Of a DNA stretch of 64,000 nucleotides, positions 54,491 through 64,000 are shown piece after piece. Positions within the stretch are counted from its first letter, which is position 1, and every line of letters begins with the position of its first letter. The position numbers and the translations under genes were made by a program. Origin of the DNA: Patescibacteria group bacterium (GTDB lineage Bacteria; Patescibacteriota; Microgenomatia; UBA1400; MFAQ01); assembly GCA_943355005.1 (NCBI GenBank), contig CALRDV010000002.1, forward strand, positions 131,826-195,825. Reading direction: 5' to 3'. Under the pieces are notes generated by a model, which saw nothing but the letters and a program-made list of their open reading frames with translations, did no database searches and was not told the origin of the DNA.

Positions 54491-57214
54491 ATGTCAGCCG
54501 GAACTACTAAATTTGCTCTTTGGAGTAACAACTCTTATCTTGAGGATGCTTTTTTAGGAGAAACTTCTTTGGAGGATATTAAGTTTCTGGAGTATCGGGA
54601 ATCTAATTCCCTTCCATATGTGCTCATATTAATTGATCTAATGGAAGACTTAAGTAACATTAGTCAGAAGCTAATCAATTTTTACAAACATGTTCGTGAA
54701 AACAATCAAAAACTTACTGTATTGCTTCTTCATGGAGAAAATATAGATACCGAAAAGAATATATATTTCGAGGAATTGTTAAATAAAATTTCCGACGGCA
54801 AACCGTTACACCGATTAGTAATAACCAAAGATTTGTTTCAATCCGCTCTTATAACTTCTGATACTTACATTGAGAAATATATACTTGAGGCTATATCAAA
54901 TCGCAAAGTTAATATCTCTGCCAAAGGTGAAAATCAATACTTCCCTATTACTTTTCCTGACCTAATCAACAGTTTAAAAAAAATCTTCTTTTTAAATGCT
55001 ACTTCAGGTAAAACATTTTGGATTCTGGGTGATCCTGTTACAGACTTAGAAATCGCCTACCTGGTCAAGAAAAATTTAGAAGATACTGAGGGTCAGGAAT
55101 TTGAGATAGATTCCTCTGGAGAAAATATAAAAAACTCCGTAGATATGAACTCCTTGGGAAATCAGTCCAGAGCTCTATTAAATTGGGAACCAAAAGACGA
55201 TTTTAATTTAATTCTTAAAGATGCAATAAAAAGACTTGGGGAGGATAGATCACTTCTTATAACCAGGTTGCATCATGTCAAGGAACAAAATAAGTACCCT
55301 CAAGCCAAAAAGATTGGTGTGTTATTTGAAAATATTGGTCAATTTATAAATAAAATAAAACCTAAAAATAGGAATAAAAAAACAATAGAATCAGGTAGGG
55401 AACTAATAAAAATATTTTTTGAGTACACTGTAGCAATCGCTTGTTTAATATATCTCACGGTCTCTTTGGCATTTATCTCTTTTACAGGCTTATCTCTTCA
55501 AGCATTGGAAGGTAGTGTTGCCAATTTAAGAAAAGGGGATATTGCTGGATCGGTGAAAGAATTAAACAATTCCACAAAATACTTAGTAATAGGAGAAAAC
55601 AGCTATTCCTTTGTATCACCGATAATTGCCTTAATTGCTCCTGATTTTCACTTAAAAAATTACAACCTATTTATCTTTCTTCATTATTCTCAGACAAGTT
55701 TGACAAATTTACAACAAACTTACAATTTGGCAGAAAAGATCTATCAGACAATAGGAGATACAACCCCAAAGCAGTTTTACTCCGACTCAAGCCTTGCGCT
55801 GAGGTCTAACCTGGGACAGCTCTATGAAAATCTAAATCAAATAGATTTACTTACTAAGTCAGGCAAATTACCTAAAATCTTGGAAGAAAAGCTGAATAGT
55901 AGTAATGAGTTCAAAAATCTGAATAAAATTGAGCAACAAGTGACAGATTTACTCAAAACAGCCGAACTGATTCCGTCAATGCTGGCAGGGGACTCGGCCA
56001 AAAACATTGTAGTACTCTTTCAAAATAGTTTTGAAATACGACCCACGGGAGGAGCTATTGACTATGTCTTATCTTTGGTGATTGATAATGGTCGAATAGT
56101 GTCTAGAAAAATATATCGTAGTGACGAAATAGATGCACTATCGGCAGGCGTCGTTTCAGCACCTCCACTTGTTCGTCTCTATACGGGTATTGAAGATTGG
56201 AAAATGAGAGATTTAAACTTCAATCCAGACTTTCCACAAACATCTGGCAACCTATCCTGGTTCATTGAGAAAAATCTAAAATTCAAGCCGGACATCATAC
56301 TCGGAGTAACGGAAAATCTATTTGTCAGTCTGCTAATTGAAAACCAAGGAATTCTTCTAAATGGCCAAAATATTACATCTGATACTCTTACGTCTGAAAT
56401 GTCAAAAATCTCACCGAGTCCCCTTTACCATAAGTTAATAGATTATTATCTCGATAGGATAATAGACCACAAACTTACCTTGGTATCCTTGGGTAGGGTG
56501 GTTGCTTCACTATCTCAAAACAATCAGATGTTGTTTTGGACGGCAGATACAAACATTGAGAAAGTAATAATTAGTCAGTCATATTCCGGCTCAATCTTTC
56601 CTCATTCCTGTATTGGAGGTCTCTCGTCTACCAAAAATTGTTTAAGTGAGACAACTTACTTTAATGAATCCAATTTTTCATTAGTGCCTTTAGGTTCCAA
56701 ACTTCAAAGAAAAATTAGGCATACTGTCACTTTGGAACAGAACAGTGTCAAACATGAATATAGAGTTGAATATCAGTTTAATTCTCAAGTGTCTGATATA
56801 AATCGCGACTTGAATGAAGTAATCCAGATTTATGGACCACAAAATTCGGTCTTAAATAAAGTAGTTTTGGACGACAAGAATATATCTCTAGCTGGAGTAT
56901 TAAATCAGCAGGATAACTTGCTTGAACGTTTTCAAATCCCCTTGAGTATGTCCTTCAATCAACCTCACACTTTGATAATCCAATTTACTTCTCTTGTTTC
57001 TCAGCCGAATGTTCTACCTTTCTCTTACTCCCTAACAGAATATCACCAGACAGGATTCACTGTCGAGGATACTGAGTTAGTCTTAAACTATCCTGAATCG
57101 GCAAAACCTAGTGTGATTTCAGCACCAGTAACTATGGGGCCGAATAGTCTAAACCTAGTGCTGCCTGCCAAAACTACAACTTTTGGAGTGAGTTTGACCA
57201 CCTCCAATCAATAA
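54491..57214 (+). CDS. Large membrane-anchored hypothetical protein (907 aa), possibly DUF4012-like
   Basis: A soluble N-terminal ~300 aa, a TM helix (FFEYTVAIACLIYLTVSLAFISF), and a large C-terminal domain containing FEIRPTGGAIDYVLSLVIDNGRIV. The family assignment is tentative. Confidence 0.4.
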   Translation: MSAGTTKFALWSNNSYLEDAFLGETSLEDIKFLEYRESNSLPYVLILIDLMEDLSNISQKLINFYKHVRENNQKLTVLLLHGENIDTEKNIYFEELLNKISDGKPLHRLVITKDLFQSALITSDTYIEKYILEAISNRKVNISAKGENQYFPITFPDLINSLKKIFFLNATSGKTFWILGDPVTDLEIAYLVKKNLEDTEGQEFEIDSSGENIKNSVDMNSLGNQSRALLNWEPKDDFNLILKDAIKRLGEDRSLLITRLHHVKEQNKYPQAKKIGVLFENIGQFINKIKPKNRNKKTIESGRELIKIFFEYTVAIACLIYLTVSLAFISFTGLSLQALEGSVANLRKGDIAGSVKELNNSTKYLVIGENSYSFVSPIIALIAPDFHLKNYNLFIFLHYSQTSLTNLQQTYNLAEKIYQTIGDTTPKQFYSDSSLALRSNLGQLYENLNQIDLLTKSGKLPKILEEKLNSSNEFKNLNKIEQQVTDLLKTAELIPSMLAGDSAKNIVVLFQNSFEIRPTGGAIDYVLSLVIDNGRIVSRKIYRSDEIDALSAGVVSAPPLVRLYTGIEDWKMRDLNFNPDFPQTSGNLSWFIEKNLKFKPDIILGVTENLFVSLLIENQGILLNGQNITSDTLTSEMSKISPSPLYHKLIDYYLDRIIDHKLTLVSLGRVVASLSQNNQMLFWTADTNIEKVIISQSYSGSIFPHSCIGGLSSTKNCLSETTYFNESNFSLVPLGSKLQRKIRHTVTLEQNSVKHEYRVEYQFNSQVSDINRDLNEVIQIYGPQNSVLNKVVLDDKNISLAGVLNQQDNLLERFQIPLSMSFNQPHTLIIQFTSLVSQPNVLPFSYSLTEYHQTGFTVEDTELVLNYPESAKPSVISAPVTMGPNSLNLVLPAKTTTFGVSLTTSNQ

Positions 57215-57257
57215 AAGTCATTTCGAAAATTGTTAGTGGGTTGAGAACAGAGGCTGG

Positions 57258-57944
57258 TTGGGTTACAATACCGTCATGAACAAATACATCCTTAAAGCAG
57301 AGAAGCGTGTCCTTCTTGGTAGTAAAGTTAAGAAACTTAGGCGTTTGGGGACTATTCCGGCTAACGTTTTTGGACACACCATCGTAAGTCAGGCCATCCA
57401 AGTTTCGGAAGTTGAATTTAATCGTGTATACAAGCAAGCCGGCGAAACCAGTCTTATTTGGATCAAGATTGAAGGTGAAGACAAAGAAAGACCCACCTTA
57501 GTTAAGGCCCTTACAAACAATCCAATTACCGGTCAGAAATACCACATCGATTTTCACCAGGTGAATCTAAAGGAAAAAGTTACTGCGAACATCCCTGTCG
57601 AGTTAGTGGGGGAAGCTCAGATGGTCAAAGATGGTCAAGCTATTATTGATCTCAACCTTCATGAAATTGAAGTTGAAGCACTCCCCACAGATTTACCAGA
57701 GAGTATCGATTTTGACATCTCTCTTCTTAAAGAAATTGGTGATTCCCTCAAAGTTGGTGATGTTAAGTTGTCATCCGAAGTTACTGTTCTAACCGATTCT
57801 GAGATGACCGTCGTCGCTCTTGGAGCTTTACAGAAAGAGGAAGCTCCTCTGGAAACCGAAGTCTCCGAAGATGTTACCGGAGCCGTCGAAGGCGCTGAGG
57901 GTGAAACCAAAGAAGGTGATAAAGCAGAAGCCAAAACTGAATAA
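57258..57944 (+). CDS. rplY: 50S ribosomal protein L25 / general stress protein Ctc
   Basis: The N-terminal beta-barrel domain (LGSKVKKLRRLGTIPANVFGH ... VEFNRVYKQAGETSLIWIKIEG ... VKALTNNPITGQKYHIDFHQV) and an acidic C-terminal tail. Confidence 0.85.
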   Translation: MGYNTVMNKYILKAEKRVLLGSKVKKLRRLGTIPANVFGHTIVSQAIQVSEVEFNRVYKQAGETSLIWIKIEGEDKERPTLVKALTNNPITGQKYHIDFHQVNLKEKVTANIPVELVGEAQMVKDGQAIIDLNLHEIEVEALPTDLPESIDFDISLLKEIGDSLKVGDVKLSSEVTVLTDSEMTVVALGALQKEEAPLETEVSEDVTGAVEGAEGETKEGDKAEAKTE

Positions 57945-57946
57945 AC

Positions 57947-57995
57947 AACCGTCATTGCGAGGCTCGACTTTAGGTCGGCCGTGGCAATCCAGGGT
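57947..57995. repeat. Dispersed palindromic repeat copy (cgtcattgcgaggctcgactttaggtcggccgtggcaatcc)
   Basis: Near-identical to the copy at 19017-19062. It is followed by a bidirectional terminator hairpin (AACAGCCACT-TGA-GTGGCTGTTTTTTG) at ~58008-58035. Confidence 0.7.
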
Positions 57996-58073
57996 TTAAT
58001 TCAACAAAACAGCCACTTGAGTGGCTGTTTTTTGTTGTTCTATCTTGAAGGAGTCTCTTCGTTAAAATCCGGT

Positions 58074-60221
58074 TTATTCTTTCGGCCAATTTGCGGATAT
58101 TAACAGCCCTTCCTGGGGGAACACTTCCTTCCACGCCGACTCTGTCACAAAAGGGACAAAAGGGTGAAGCATTATTAAGAAAGACTTGTAGCCGTTTTTA
58201 AGAAGTTCAAGTGATACTTTCCCAGATTTGCAATTCTCGATAGATTCATCACAGAACCAGTGCCAAAACTCATTATAAACAGACTCCGCTGCCAGACCTA
58301 CCTTGTTAGCTTCCAATAATCTAGTTAACTCCTTTTGAACCTCTTGTAGTTTAGTTTTAAAATTCTCATTGCCTTCTCCTGTAAATTCGTCATTGCGAGG
58401 AGCGGAGTGACGTGGCAATCTCACTCCATCCACAATTTCCTGACCTTCACTCTTGGAATCGCCTTCTCTAGGGGTTTCCATCTCTGTAATAAATCTTCCG
58501 GCGTTCCAGATTTTGTTTCCAAAATTTCTCATTCCTCGAACTTTATTTTCCCCTGTATTACTATCTTGCCCCGGAGTTGTGCTCATCACCAATGCCATTC
58601 GAAGCGAGTCGGCACCATATTTATCTGTAAGTTCAAGTGGGTTGATTACATTACCAATACTCTTGCTCATCTTTCTGCCTTGCTCGTCTCTCACCAATCC
58701 GTGCAAATAAACGCATTTGAAAGGAGACTTGCCTGTCATATATATTCCTAACAACATCATCCTCATTACCCAGAAGGGGAGAATATCATAAGCTGTCTCC
58801 ATGACGTCAGTGGGGTAGTATACGTCGAAGTCTCCTTGCTTACTTGTCTTGAGTGTCACCACTGGCCACTGTCCGGAAGAGAACCACGTGTCAAAAGTAT
58901 CTGTTTCTTGAGTGTATCCTTTGCCCGGGCTCATTTCACTCACCACAAATTCTGTTTTAGTCTCATCTTTGTACCAAACCGGCATTCTAATTCCCCATAC
59001 GATTTGTCTGCTTACATTCCAATCTCTAAGATTGCTCAACCAATGTCTTAAGATTTTGTCGTGCCCGGATCCCATAACTACGGACTCTTCGGTATCTAGA
59101 GATTTCAGGGCATTTTCAGCCAAGGTCTTAACCTTTATAAAGAATTGTTTCATTGGCAAAGGTTCAATTGTTCGATGACAGCGATAACAAGTGCCCACAC
59201 TGTGCGTATATGGCTTTGTCTCTATTAGAGCGCTGCCTAAGTCGGTAACTATCTTTTCTCTGGCTTCACTTACATTCATACCTTCATAAAGCCCTGCATT
59301 GGCCGTCATTTTCCCTTTTGTTCCAATTACCTGGTGATTCAAAACAATCTCATCCATATTCCAACCTTGTCGCACAGCCACATCCCAATCGTTCTGGTCG
59401 TGTGTTGGTGTAATTTTTACGGCTCCGGTGCCGAACTCCATATCCACCATTGCATCTCCGACAATAGGGATTTCCCTGCCCACCAGTGGTAGTGTTACTT
59501 TCTCCCCAATTAAATTTTTGTATCTTGGGTCTTCCGGATTTACAGCCACAGCCACATCTCCAAGCATTGTTTCAGGCCTTGTGGTGGCTACCGAGAGCTT
59601 TCCGTAATTAATCTTGTATATCTTATCTTCTCTCTCCTCGTGGTCCACCTCAAGTTCGGAATATGCCGTTCCACACTTCGTACAGAAATTTACCAGCCTG
59701 ACTCCACGATAGATCAATCCATCTTCATGCAGTTTTATAAAAGTCTTGGTTACTTCCTTTACAATTTCCGGGTCGAGCGTAAATTTGTATCTACTCCAAT
59801 CTGCACTGGCTCCCAATTTCTTCACTTGGTCGATAGCAACTCCGGAATTTTCGTGTACATAATCCCAAATCATTTTGTAGAGAGTGTCTCTGTCAAAATC
59901 AAATCTACTTTTTCCTTGCTTGGCTAATTTTTTCTCAAACACAAACTGAGTTTCAATCCCTGCATGATCTGTACCCGGCAGCCAAAGAACTGCTTCACCC
60001 TTCATCCTATGAAAGCGTACCAAGATGTCCTCTATAGTTACGAACATTGCATGACCAACGTGTAAGGGGTCATTCGCGTTAGGAGGAGGCATAATTACAG
60101 TAAATGGTTTTTGACCCGTTTTTTTTACATCATCTCCCGACGGTGGGGTAAAAGCTCCACTCTTTTCCCACTCAGCATAAATCTCTGCTTCGGTTTCTTT
60201 GTGCTCGTAATTTTTATTCAT
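58074..60221 (-). CDS. valS: Valyl-tRNA synthetase (short form) with an in-frame palindromic repeat insertion near the C-terminus
   Basis: PPPNANDPLHVGHAMFVTIEDILVRFHRMKGEAVLWLPGTDHAGIETQ (HIGH region, ValRS-like), and KMSKSIGNVI. The residues GVRLPRHSAPRNDEF near the C-terminus are encoded by a copy of cgtcattgcgaggagcggagtgacgtggcaatc (~58385-58430). Confidence 0.8.
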   Translation of the reverse strand: MNKNYEHKETEAEIYAEWEKSGAFTPPSGDDVKKTGQKPFTVIMPPPNANDPLHVGHAMFVTIEDILVRFHRMKGEAVLWLPGTDHAGIETQFVFEKKLAKQGKSRFDFDRDTLYKMIWDYVHENSGVAIDQVKKLGASADWSRYKFTLDPEIVKEVTKTFIKLHEDGLIYRGVRLVNFCTKCGTAYSELEVDHEEREDKIYKINYGKLSVATTRPETMLGDVAVAVNPEDPRYKNLIGEKVTLPLVGREIPIVGDAMVDMEFGTGAVKITPTHDQNDWDVAVRQGWNMDEIVLNHQVIGTKGKMTANAGLYEGMNVSEAREKIVTDLGSALIETKPYTHSVGTCYRCHRTIEPLPMKQFFIKVKTLAENALKSLDTEESVVMGSGHDKILRHWLSNLRDWNVSRQIVWGIRMPVWYKDETKTEFVVSEMSPGKGYTQETDTFDTWFSSGQWPVVTLKTSKQGDFDVYYPTDVMETAYDILPFWVMRMMLLGIYMTGKSPFKCVYLHGLVRDEQGRKMSKSIGNVINPLELTDKYGADSLRMALVMSTTPGQDSNTGENKVRGMRNFGNKIWNAGRFITEMETPREGDSKSEGQEIVDGVRLPRHSAPRNDEFTGEGNENFKTKLQEVQKELTRLLEANKVGLAAESVYNEFWHWFCDESIENCKSGKVSLELLKNGYKSFLIMLHPFVPFVTESAWKEVFPQEGLLISANWPKE

Positions 60222-60228
60222 ATTTATA

Positions 60229-60310
60229 TCGTCATTCCCGACCTGATCGGGAATCTATATAGATCGTCATTGCGAGTTTCGGTATTCCGAACCGCGGCAA
60301 TCCAGGTTAA
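60229..60310. repeat. Two adjacent dispersed palindromic repeat copies upstream of valS
   Basis: gtcattcccgacctgatcgggaatc followed by cgtcattgcgagtttcggtattccgaaccgcggcaatcc. A third copy is at ~60415-60450, and a perfect 12-bp inverted repeat (CCCTCGTCAATC...GATTGACGAGGG) is at ~60322-60362. Confidence 0.7.
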
Positions 60311-60557
60311 TAATTTAAAAAACCCTCGTCAATCTCCATTATAAAGGGGATTGACGAGGGCCAATTAGGCGGTACCACCTCGCATTATACTTAATTCGTT
60401 TGGGTTCTACTTCCATTGTCATTCCCGACCTGATCGGGAATCCATAAATAGTTTCCTCCCTAGCTCAGAGGTGACTAATCTCTTCATCGCTCTCTTGCTA
60501 ATTCTATCACAATCGAATAAAATAACCCATAGAGTTTGAACAAAAGGAGATATTAAT

Positions 60558-60803
60558 ATGTCCTCTAATCTTTTGATTGTCTTACTACTTGCTTTTGTAG
60601 TTCTTTCAAACATTTTTTCCGTTAAACAACCACATAGGCCGACTTGGGTAGACTATTTCTACTTCATTGTCTTTCTTGCCATGGCTGTATATTCTTTTTC
60701 TACAGTGAAGACATTGTTCCTTATTTTTGGATATACAATTGCAGCTTTTTCGGAATTCTACTATCACAATCTATTTGTAAACTTCAACAAAAAACAGAAA
60801 TGA
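60558..60803 (+). CDS. Small membrane protein, hypothetical
   Basis: 81 aa, two TM helices, with a strong RBS (AAAGGAGATATTAATATG). Confidence 0.45.
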   Translation: MSSNLLIVLLLAFVVLSNIFSVKQPHRPTWVDYFYFIVFLAMAVYSFSTVKTLFLIFGYTIAAFSEFYYHNLFVNFNKKQK

Positions 60804-60849
60804 TACCATCACTCCCATCTTATTTGATGGGAGTTTTTAGTGGAGAAAA

Positions 60850-61947
60850 TTAAACCACTCCCAAACTAGGATCAGGCTTCAAATCCAACCCTGTTTCCTC
60901 AGGCCTTAGAATTGCCGCGGCCCCCACCATCGCCGCATTATCTCCACAATACTTCAGTTCAGGCACGAAGAAATTGATTCCATATTTTTCAACTTCATTT
61001 CTTAAAGCCTCTCTTAGTTTCTTGTTTGCCGCCACTCCTCCGGCGAGCAATACACTTCTTGGTTGATACTTCTCTACGGCGAGCATTGTCTTCTTTACTA
61101 GAACCTCGGTCACTGCCTCACTAAACTCCCTCGCCAACAGATTCCTTTTAAGTTCGTCATTCCGAGCGACCGGCACACCGTGACGGGAGTCGAGGAATCT
61201 CACTCCACCTTTTACGTCATTCCGGGCTTGACCCGGAATCCAGGTTTTAAAATCTTCACTCTCCACCATTCGAGCAATCGCCGCCTTAATTCCCGAAAAA
61301 CTCATATCCAAACGTGGGTCATGGATCAGTGGTCTTGGAAGTTTAAATACATTTTTATTTTTATTCCATTCTTCTTCAGTGATTTTACTCGCCGCCTTAT
61401 CCATCTCCGGCCCACCCGGATAGGGCAGACCCAGTATTCTGGCTGCTTTATCGTAAACCTCACCAGCAGCATCATCCCGAGTTCCCCCAATCCACGTCCA
61501 TTTTGTAAGGCTTTCCAAAAGAATCAAATCTGTGTGTCCACCACTTACCACAAGTCCCACCGCCGGCAATTCCGGCACATTATTCTCCCCAATCCAGTTC
61601 GCCAACACATGTGCAGTCATATGGTTTACTCTTAGCAGAGGTTTCTTCCATGACCAAGCCAAAACCTTTGCCGTCTCGACACCAATTAACAAACTTCCCA
61701 TCAAACCCGGACCATAACTCACCGCAACAGCATCTACTTCGGTGTCTACTAGGGCTTCGATAATTACGGGGATAATACTTCTGATTTGCTCACGTGCCGC
61801 CACTTCAGGTACGATTCCACCATATTTCTGATGCATTTCCATTGAACTGGCCACGATATTCTTAATTACTCTCACTCCATCACCAAAATTCTCCACTACA
61901 GCCGCAGCAGTTTCATCACAGGTACTTTCAATAGCCAAAACTTTCAT
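60850..61947 (-). CDS. tsaD: tRNA N6-adenosine threonylcarbamoyltransferase TsaD (Kae1/YgjD family) with an in-frame ~30-aa palindromic repeat insertion
   Basis: MKVLAIESTCDETAAAVV ... GGHT ... and the C-terminal GGVAANKKLRE. Residues IPGQARNDVKGGVRFLDSRHGVPVARNDE are encoded by tandem repeat copies at ~61150-61255 (gtcattccgagcgaccggcacaccgtgacgggagtcgaggaatc + gtcattccgggcttgacccggaatcc). Confidence 0.85.
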   Translation of the reverse strand: MKVLAIESTCDETAAAVVENFGDGVRVIKNIVASSMEMHQKYGGIVPEVAAREQIRSIIPVIIEALVDTEVDAVAVSYGPGLMGSLLIGVETAKVLAWSWKKPLLRVNHMTAHVLANWIGENNVPELPAVGLVVSGGHTDLILLESLTKWTWIGGTRDDAAGEVYDKAARILGLPYPGGPEMDKAASKITEEEWNKNKNVFKLPRPLIHDPRLDMSFSGIKAAIARMVESEDFKTWIPGQARNDVKGGVRFLDSRHGVPVARNDELKRNLLAREFSEAVTEVLVKKTMLAVEKYQPRSVLLAGGVAANKKLREALRNEVEKYGINFFVPELKYCGDNAAMVGAAAILRPEETGLDLKPDPSLGVV

Positions 61948-61956
61948 TCTCCTATT

Positions 61957-63684
61957 TTACCTCGAAGCAGCTTCTCCCGTGCCTCTCATGTAAATTGCTT
62001 GCCATGGCTGGTAGTTACTAACGAAAGTTTTTTCATAAATACTTTCCCCATTTTTTTCTACTTTGTAATCAAAAGAGACCTTCGCCCCCCAAGCTGCCCA
62101 ATCAATCTGTTTTATTGTCCCGGCAGGAAGAGTAGGGTCGTCAACATACATAGTAGCCGGTGGTGCTGATTGGTTAGAAATTCTTGGTTTGGAAACTGTT
62201 GATTTTCTACCATCACTCGTTCCATAAATATCCACTTTCATAGATAAATTTTTGGTATCTACGGTTTCTTGAATCAAAATATAGTTGCCCGTATCGTTCA
62301 AAAATTTGAAGTCAGCACTTGGATAAAAAACAGTCGCATCAATTCCGGGGGGACTATCTTGCTCATAATAACCCACTCGGTAGGCATGGGCCTTTCGCTC
62401 AGTAATTGGAAGTCCGGCGTTCAGTGCCGCTCTAAAAGTAGTTGTTGAGACTTGGCAAACCCCTCCGCCATCACCGAGGACTGTTCTGCCACCACTGATA
62501 ATATATGCGCTTTGGTAACCGGTAGCTCTTGAAATATCTCCAATCGTGTTAATAAAAGAAAACTCCTCACCAGGTGCTACCAGTGTTCCATTTACTCTTG
62601 AAGCAGCTAGATTTACATTAAATACTCTTCCTGGGATCGAGTGAAAAAAGGTGGATTTACCTGAGCCGATGAGTTCTTTGATACCTAAATTGTTTATGTC
62701 TCCTGTTTTGACTTTTGGATAGGCGAGAATTACCGGAATTTCGAATTGTGCATCTTCACCTTCAGCTAAGTAGCTAGCTAGACCGGTTCTCAATTTTGGG
62801 ATATCTATAGTGGCTCCGACAACTTCAGGTTTGAATTCATTTACCTTATTCTCTTCAAAAATAAATACGGCATCTTTTGGCTCCACTTCGACCGATGTTT
62901 TGATATTCGCCACCAAGGCTTCAAAACTTTCTTGATCAATTGGATCACTAACCAAACCAAACAGATTAATCAATTCACTCGAGCTTAATTTTCTCTCAAA
63001 ATCTCTAAAGTGAAGTTTGGGTTGTTTGTTTTGCCATTTTTCTAGACTGGTAATTGCATTTTTTACAAGGTCTGGGTTTTCTTTTGTCTCTACTACGGTA
63101 GTAGGGACTTGGATTACATGAATTCCGGGTAGTCCAAATTCTTTAACAATTTGGTTATTCAAAAGGTCAGTGTTTATTTCTTCGCCATTTTTCCCGGGGA
63201 CTAGCTTAAAATTGTCTCCCTCCTTAATTATCTTAGGCCAGCTTGGCTTTTGGTTTATAGAATCAGAAATTTGACCAATCATATCCGCAAGCTCATCTTT
63301 GCTATAGCTTACAGGTACTTCGATAATCCTTCCATCTATAAGAGTTTTTATCTCTTCAGAGATTTGTGTCAGAATATTTCCATTTCTTCCAACTCCCATA
63401 GCCTGGTCCACTGCCCAAGCCAAATCATATGTGGTTTTTATGCCGTCGAGGTTCGTAATTTTCTTCCCTTTATACTCCAGTGTAATTTTGCTTGGCTGGG
63501 CACCGAAGTAATTGTTAGTTAATTTAAGCCCGGATACTCTGTCCATACCTGTCATATCCAAGCCTGCGATATAAACCTTTGGAAGTATTAGATTTCTAAA
63601 AGCCAGTCTAAAACCGGTATAAATAGTAATCACCACCAAAAAGATGATAATAAGTGAGCTTAATATGTATTTTAATTTTCGCAT
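61957..63684 (-). CDS. VanW family protein (membrane-anchored)
   Basis: An N-terminal TM helix, and the C-terminal VanW signature GDGGGVCQVSTTTFRAALNAGLPITERKAH. Confidence 0.7.
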   Translation of the reverse strand: MRKLKYILSSLIIIFLVVITIYTGFRLAFRNLILPKVYIAGLDMTGMDRVSGLKLTNNYFGAQPSKITLEYKGKKITNLDGIKTTYDLAWAVDQAMGVGRNGNILTQISEEIKTLIDGRIIEVPVSYSKDELADMIGQISDSINQKPSWPKIIKEGDNFKLVPGKNGEEINTDLLNNQIVKEFGLPGIHVIQVPTTVVETKENPDLVKNAITSLEKWQNKQPKLHFRDFERKLSSSELINLFGLVSDPIDQESFEALVANIKTSVEVEPKDAVFIFEENKVNEFKPEVVGATIDIPKLRTGLASYLAEGEDAQFEIPVILAYPKVKTGDINNLGIKELIGSGKSTFFHSIPGRVFNVNLAASRVNGTLVAPGEEFSFINTIGDISRATGYQSAYIISGGRTVLGDGGGVCQVSTTTFRAALNAGLPITERKAHAYRVGYYEQDSPPGIDATVFYPSADFKFLNDTGNYILIQETVDTKNLSMKVDIYGTSDGRKSTVSKPRISNQSAPPATMYVDDPTLPAGTIKQIDWAAWGAKVSFDYKVEKNGESIYEKTFVSNYQPWQAIYMRGTGEAASR

Positions 63685-63749
63685 TCTTGGTATACTTTAA
63701 CTGTAATCAGTTCTCTCTGCTTATACATTTTAACTTGACTACTTAACTT

Positions 63750-64000
63750 ATGGATAATCAATTTCCTCTTCCCGGCCCATCTTCCACACTACCGGAACCA
63801 TCTTTAGTACCTCAAGCTACAGAAATTTCTCCTTTACCAAACCCGGAGGAGGCTGCTCCACCACCTCCCGGATATATACCACCGGCATCAGTGAACCCAC
63901 CCACCATTAAATCATCTCCTTTCAAAATTATCGGACCAATTCTCATTGGTTTAGTTGTTGTTGGACTAATTGCCTTTATTTTGTTCAAGCTACTTGCTAA
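63750..64000 (+). CDS. Pro-rich membrane protein, partial (runs off window end)
   Basis: Hand translation gives MDNQFPLPGPSSTLPEPSLVPQATEISPLPNPEEAAPPPPGYIPPASVNPPTIKSSPFKIIGPILIGLVVVGLIAFILFKLLA... The ORF is open to the window edge, so it is absent from the track. Confidence 0.4.
   Translation, partial: MDNQFPLPGPSSTLPEPSLVPQATEISPLPNPEEAAPPPPGYIPPASVNPPTIKSSPFKIIGPILIGLVVVGLIAFILFKLLA

Overview
This is a low-GC bacterial chromosomal window, about 38-40% GC by eye, and it carries the chromosomal origin region. The gene content resembles a Patescibacteria/CPR-like or other reduced-genome Gram-positive-type organism. That placement is an inference from gene content (short ValRS, pilin arrays, many in-frame repeats), not a database result.

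Features I could support, in order along the window:
- Housekeeping blocks: dnaG-rpoD (macromolecular synthesis operon), tdk, a znuABC-like metal ABC transporter, comFC, and smpB followed by ssrA (tmRNA).
- Further housekeeping genes: uppS, a polyprenyl synthetase, pyrG, dnaA-dnaN with DnaA-box clusters, rpmH-rnpA ... yidD-yidC-jag, rnhA, rplY (L25), valS, tsaD and a VanW-family gene.
- A tRNA-rich stretch from about 1.8 to 10.5 kb with nine tRNAs (Asn; Ser GGA, CGA, TGA, GCT; Arg CCG, GCG; one type II tRNA with an odd anticodon loop). Next to it are unusual tRNA-derived structured elements.

The most interesting region is a roughly 24 kb type IV secretion system (T4SS)-like neighbourhood from about 21.1 to 45.7 kb. 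It contains nine small two-transmembrane VirB2/TrbC-like pilin paralogs, seven of them in a tight tandem array. It also holds a ~1000 aa Cys-rich secreted protein, a VirB6/TrbL-like polytopic membrane protein and a VirB3/PrgI-like membrane protein. A VirB4-like ATPase follows a possible separate N-terminal-domain ORF. Next come a ~1000 aa protein with a C-terminal M23 peptidase, a candidate VirB8-like protein, and two large unknown proteins. No coupling protein or relaxase is visible.

A second striking feature is a family of short palindromic repeat elements, analogous to Rickettsia palindromic elements. They are scattered through intergenic regions and are also inserted in frame into at least four coding sequences: znuA, valS, tsaD and the VirB3-like gene.

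Coordinates of RNA features and repeats are hand-derived and may be off by 1-2 nt. CDS coordinates follow the supplied ORF track.
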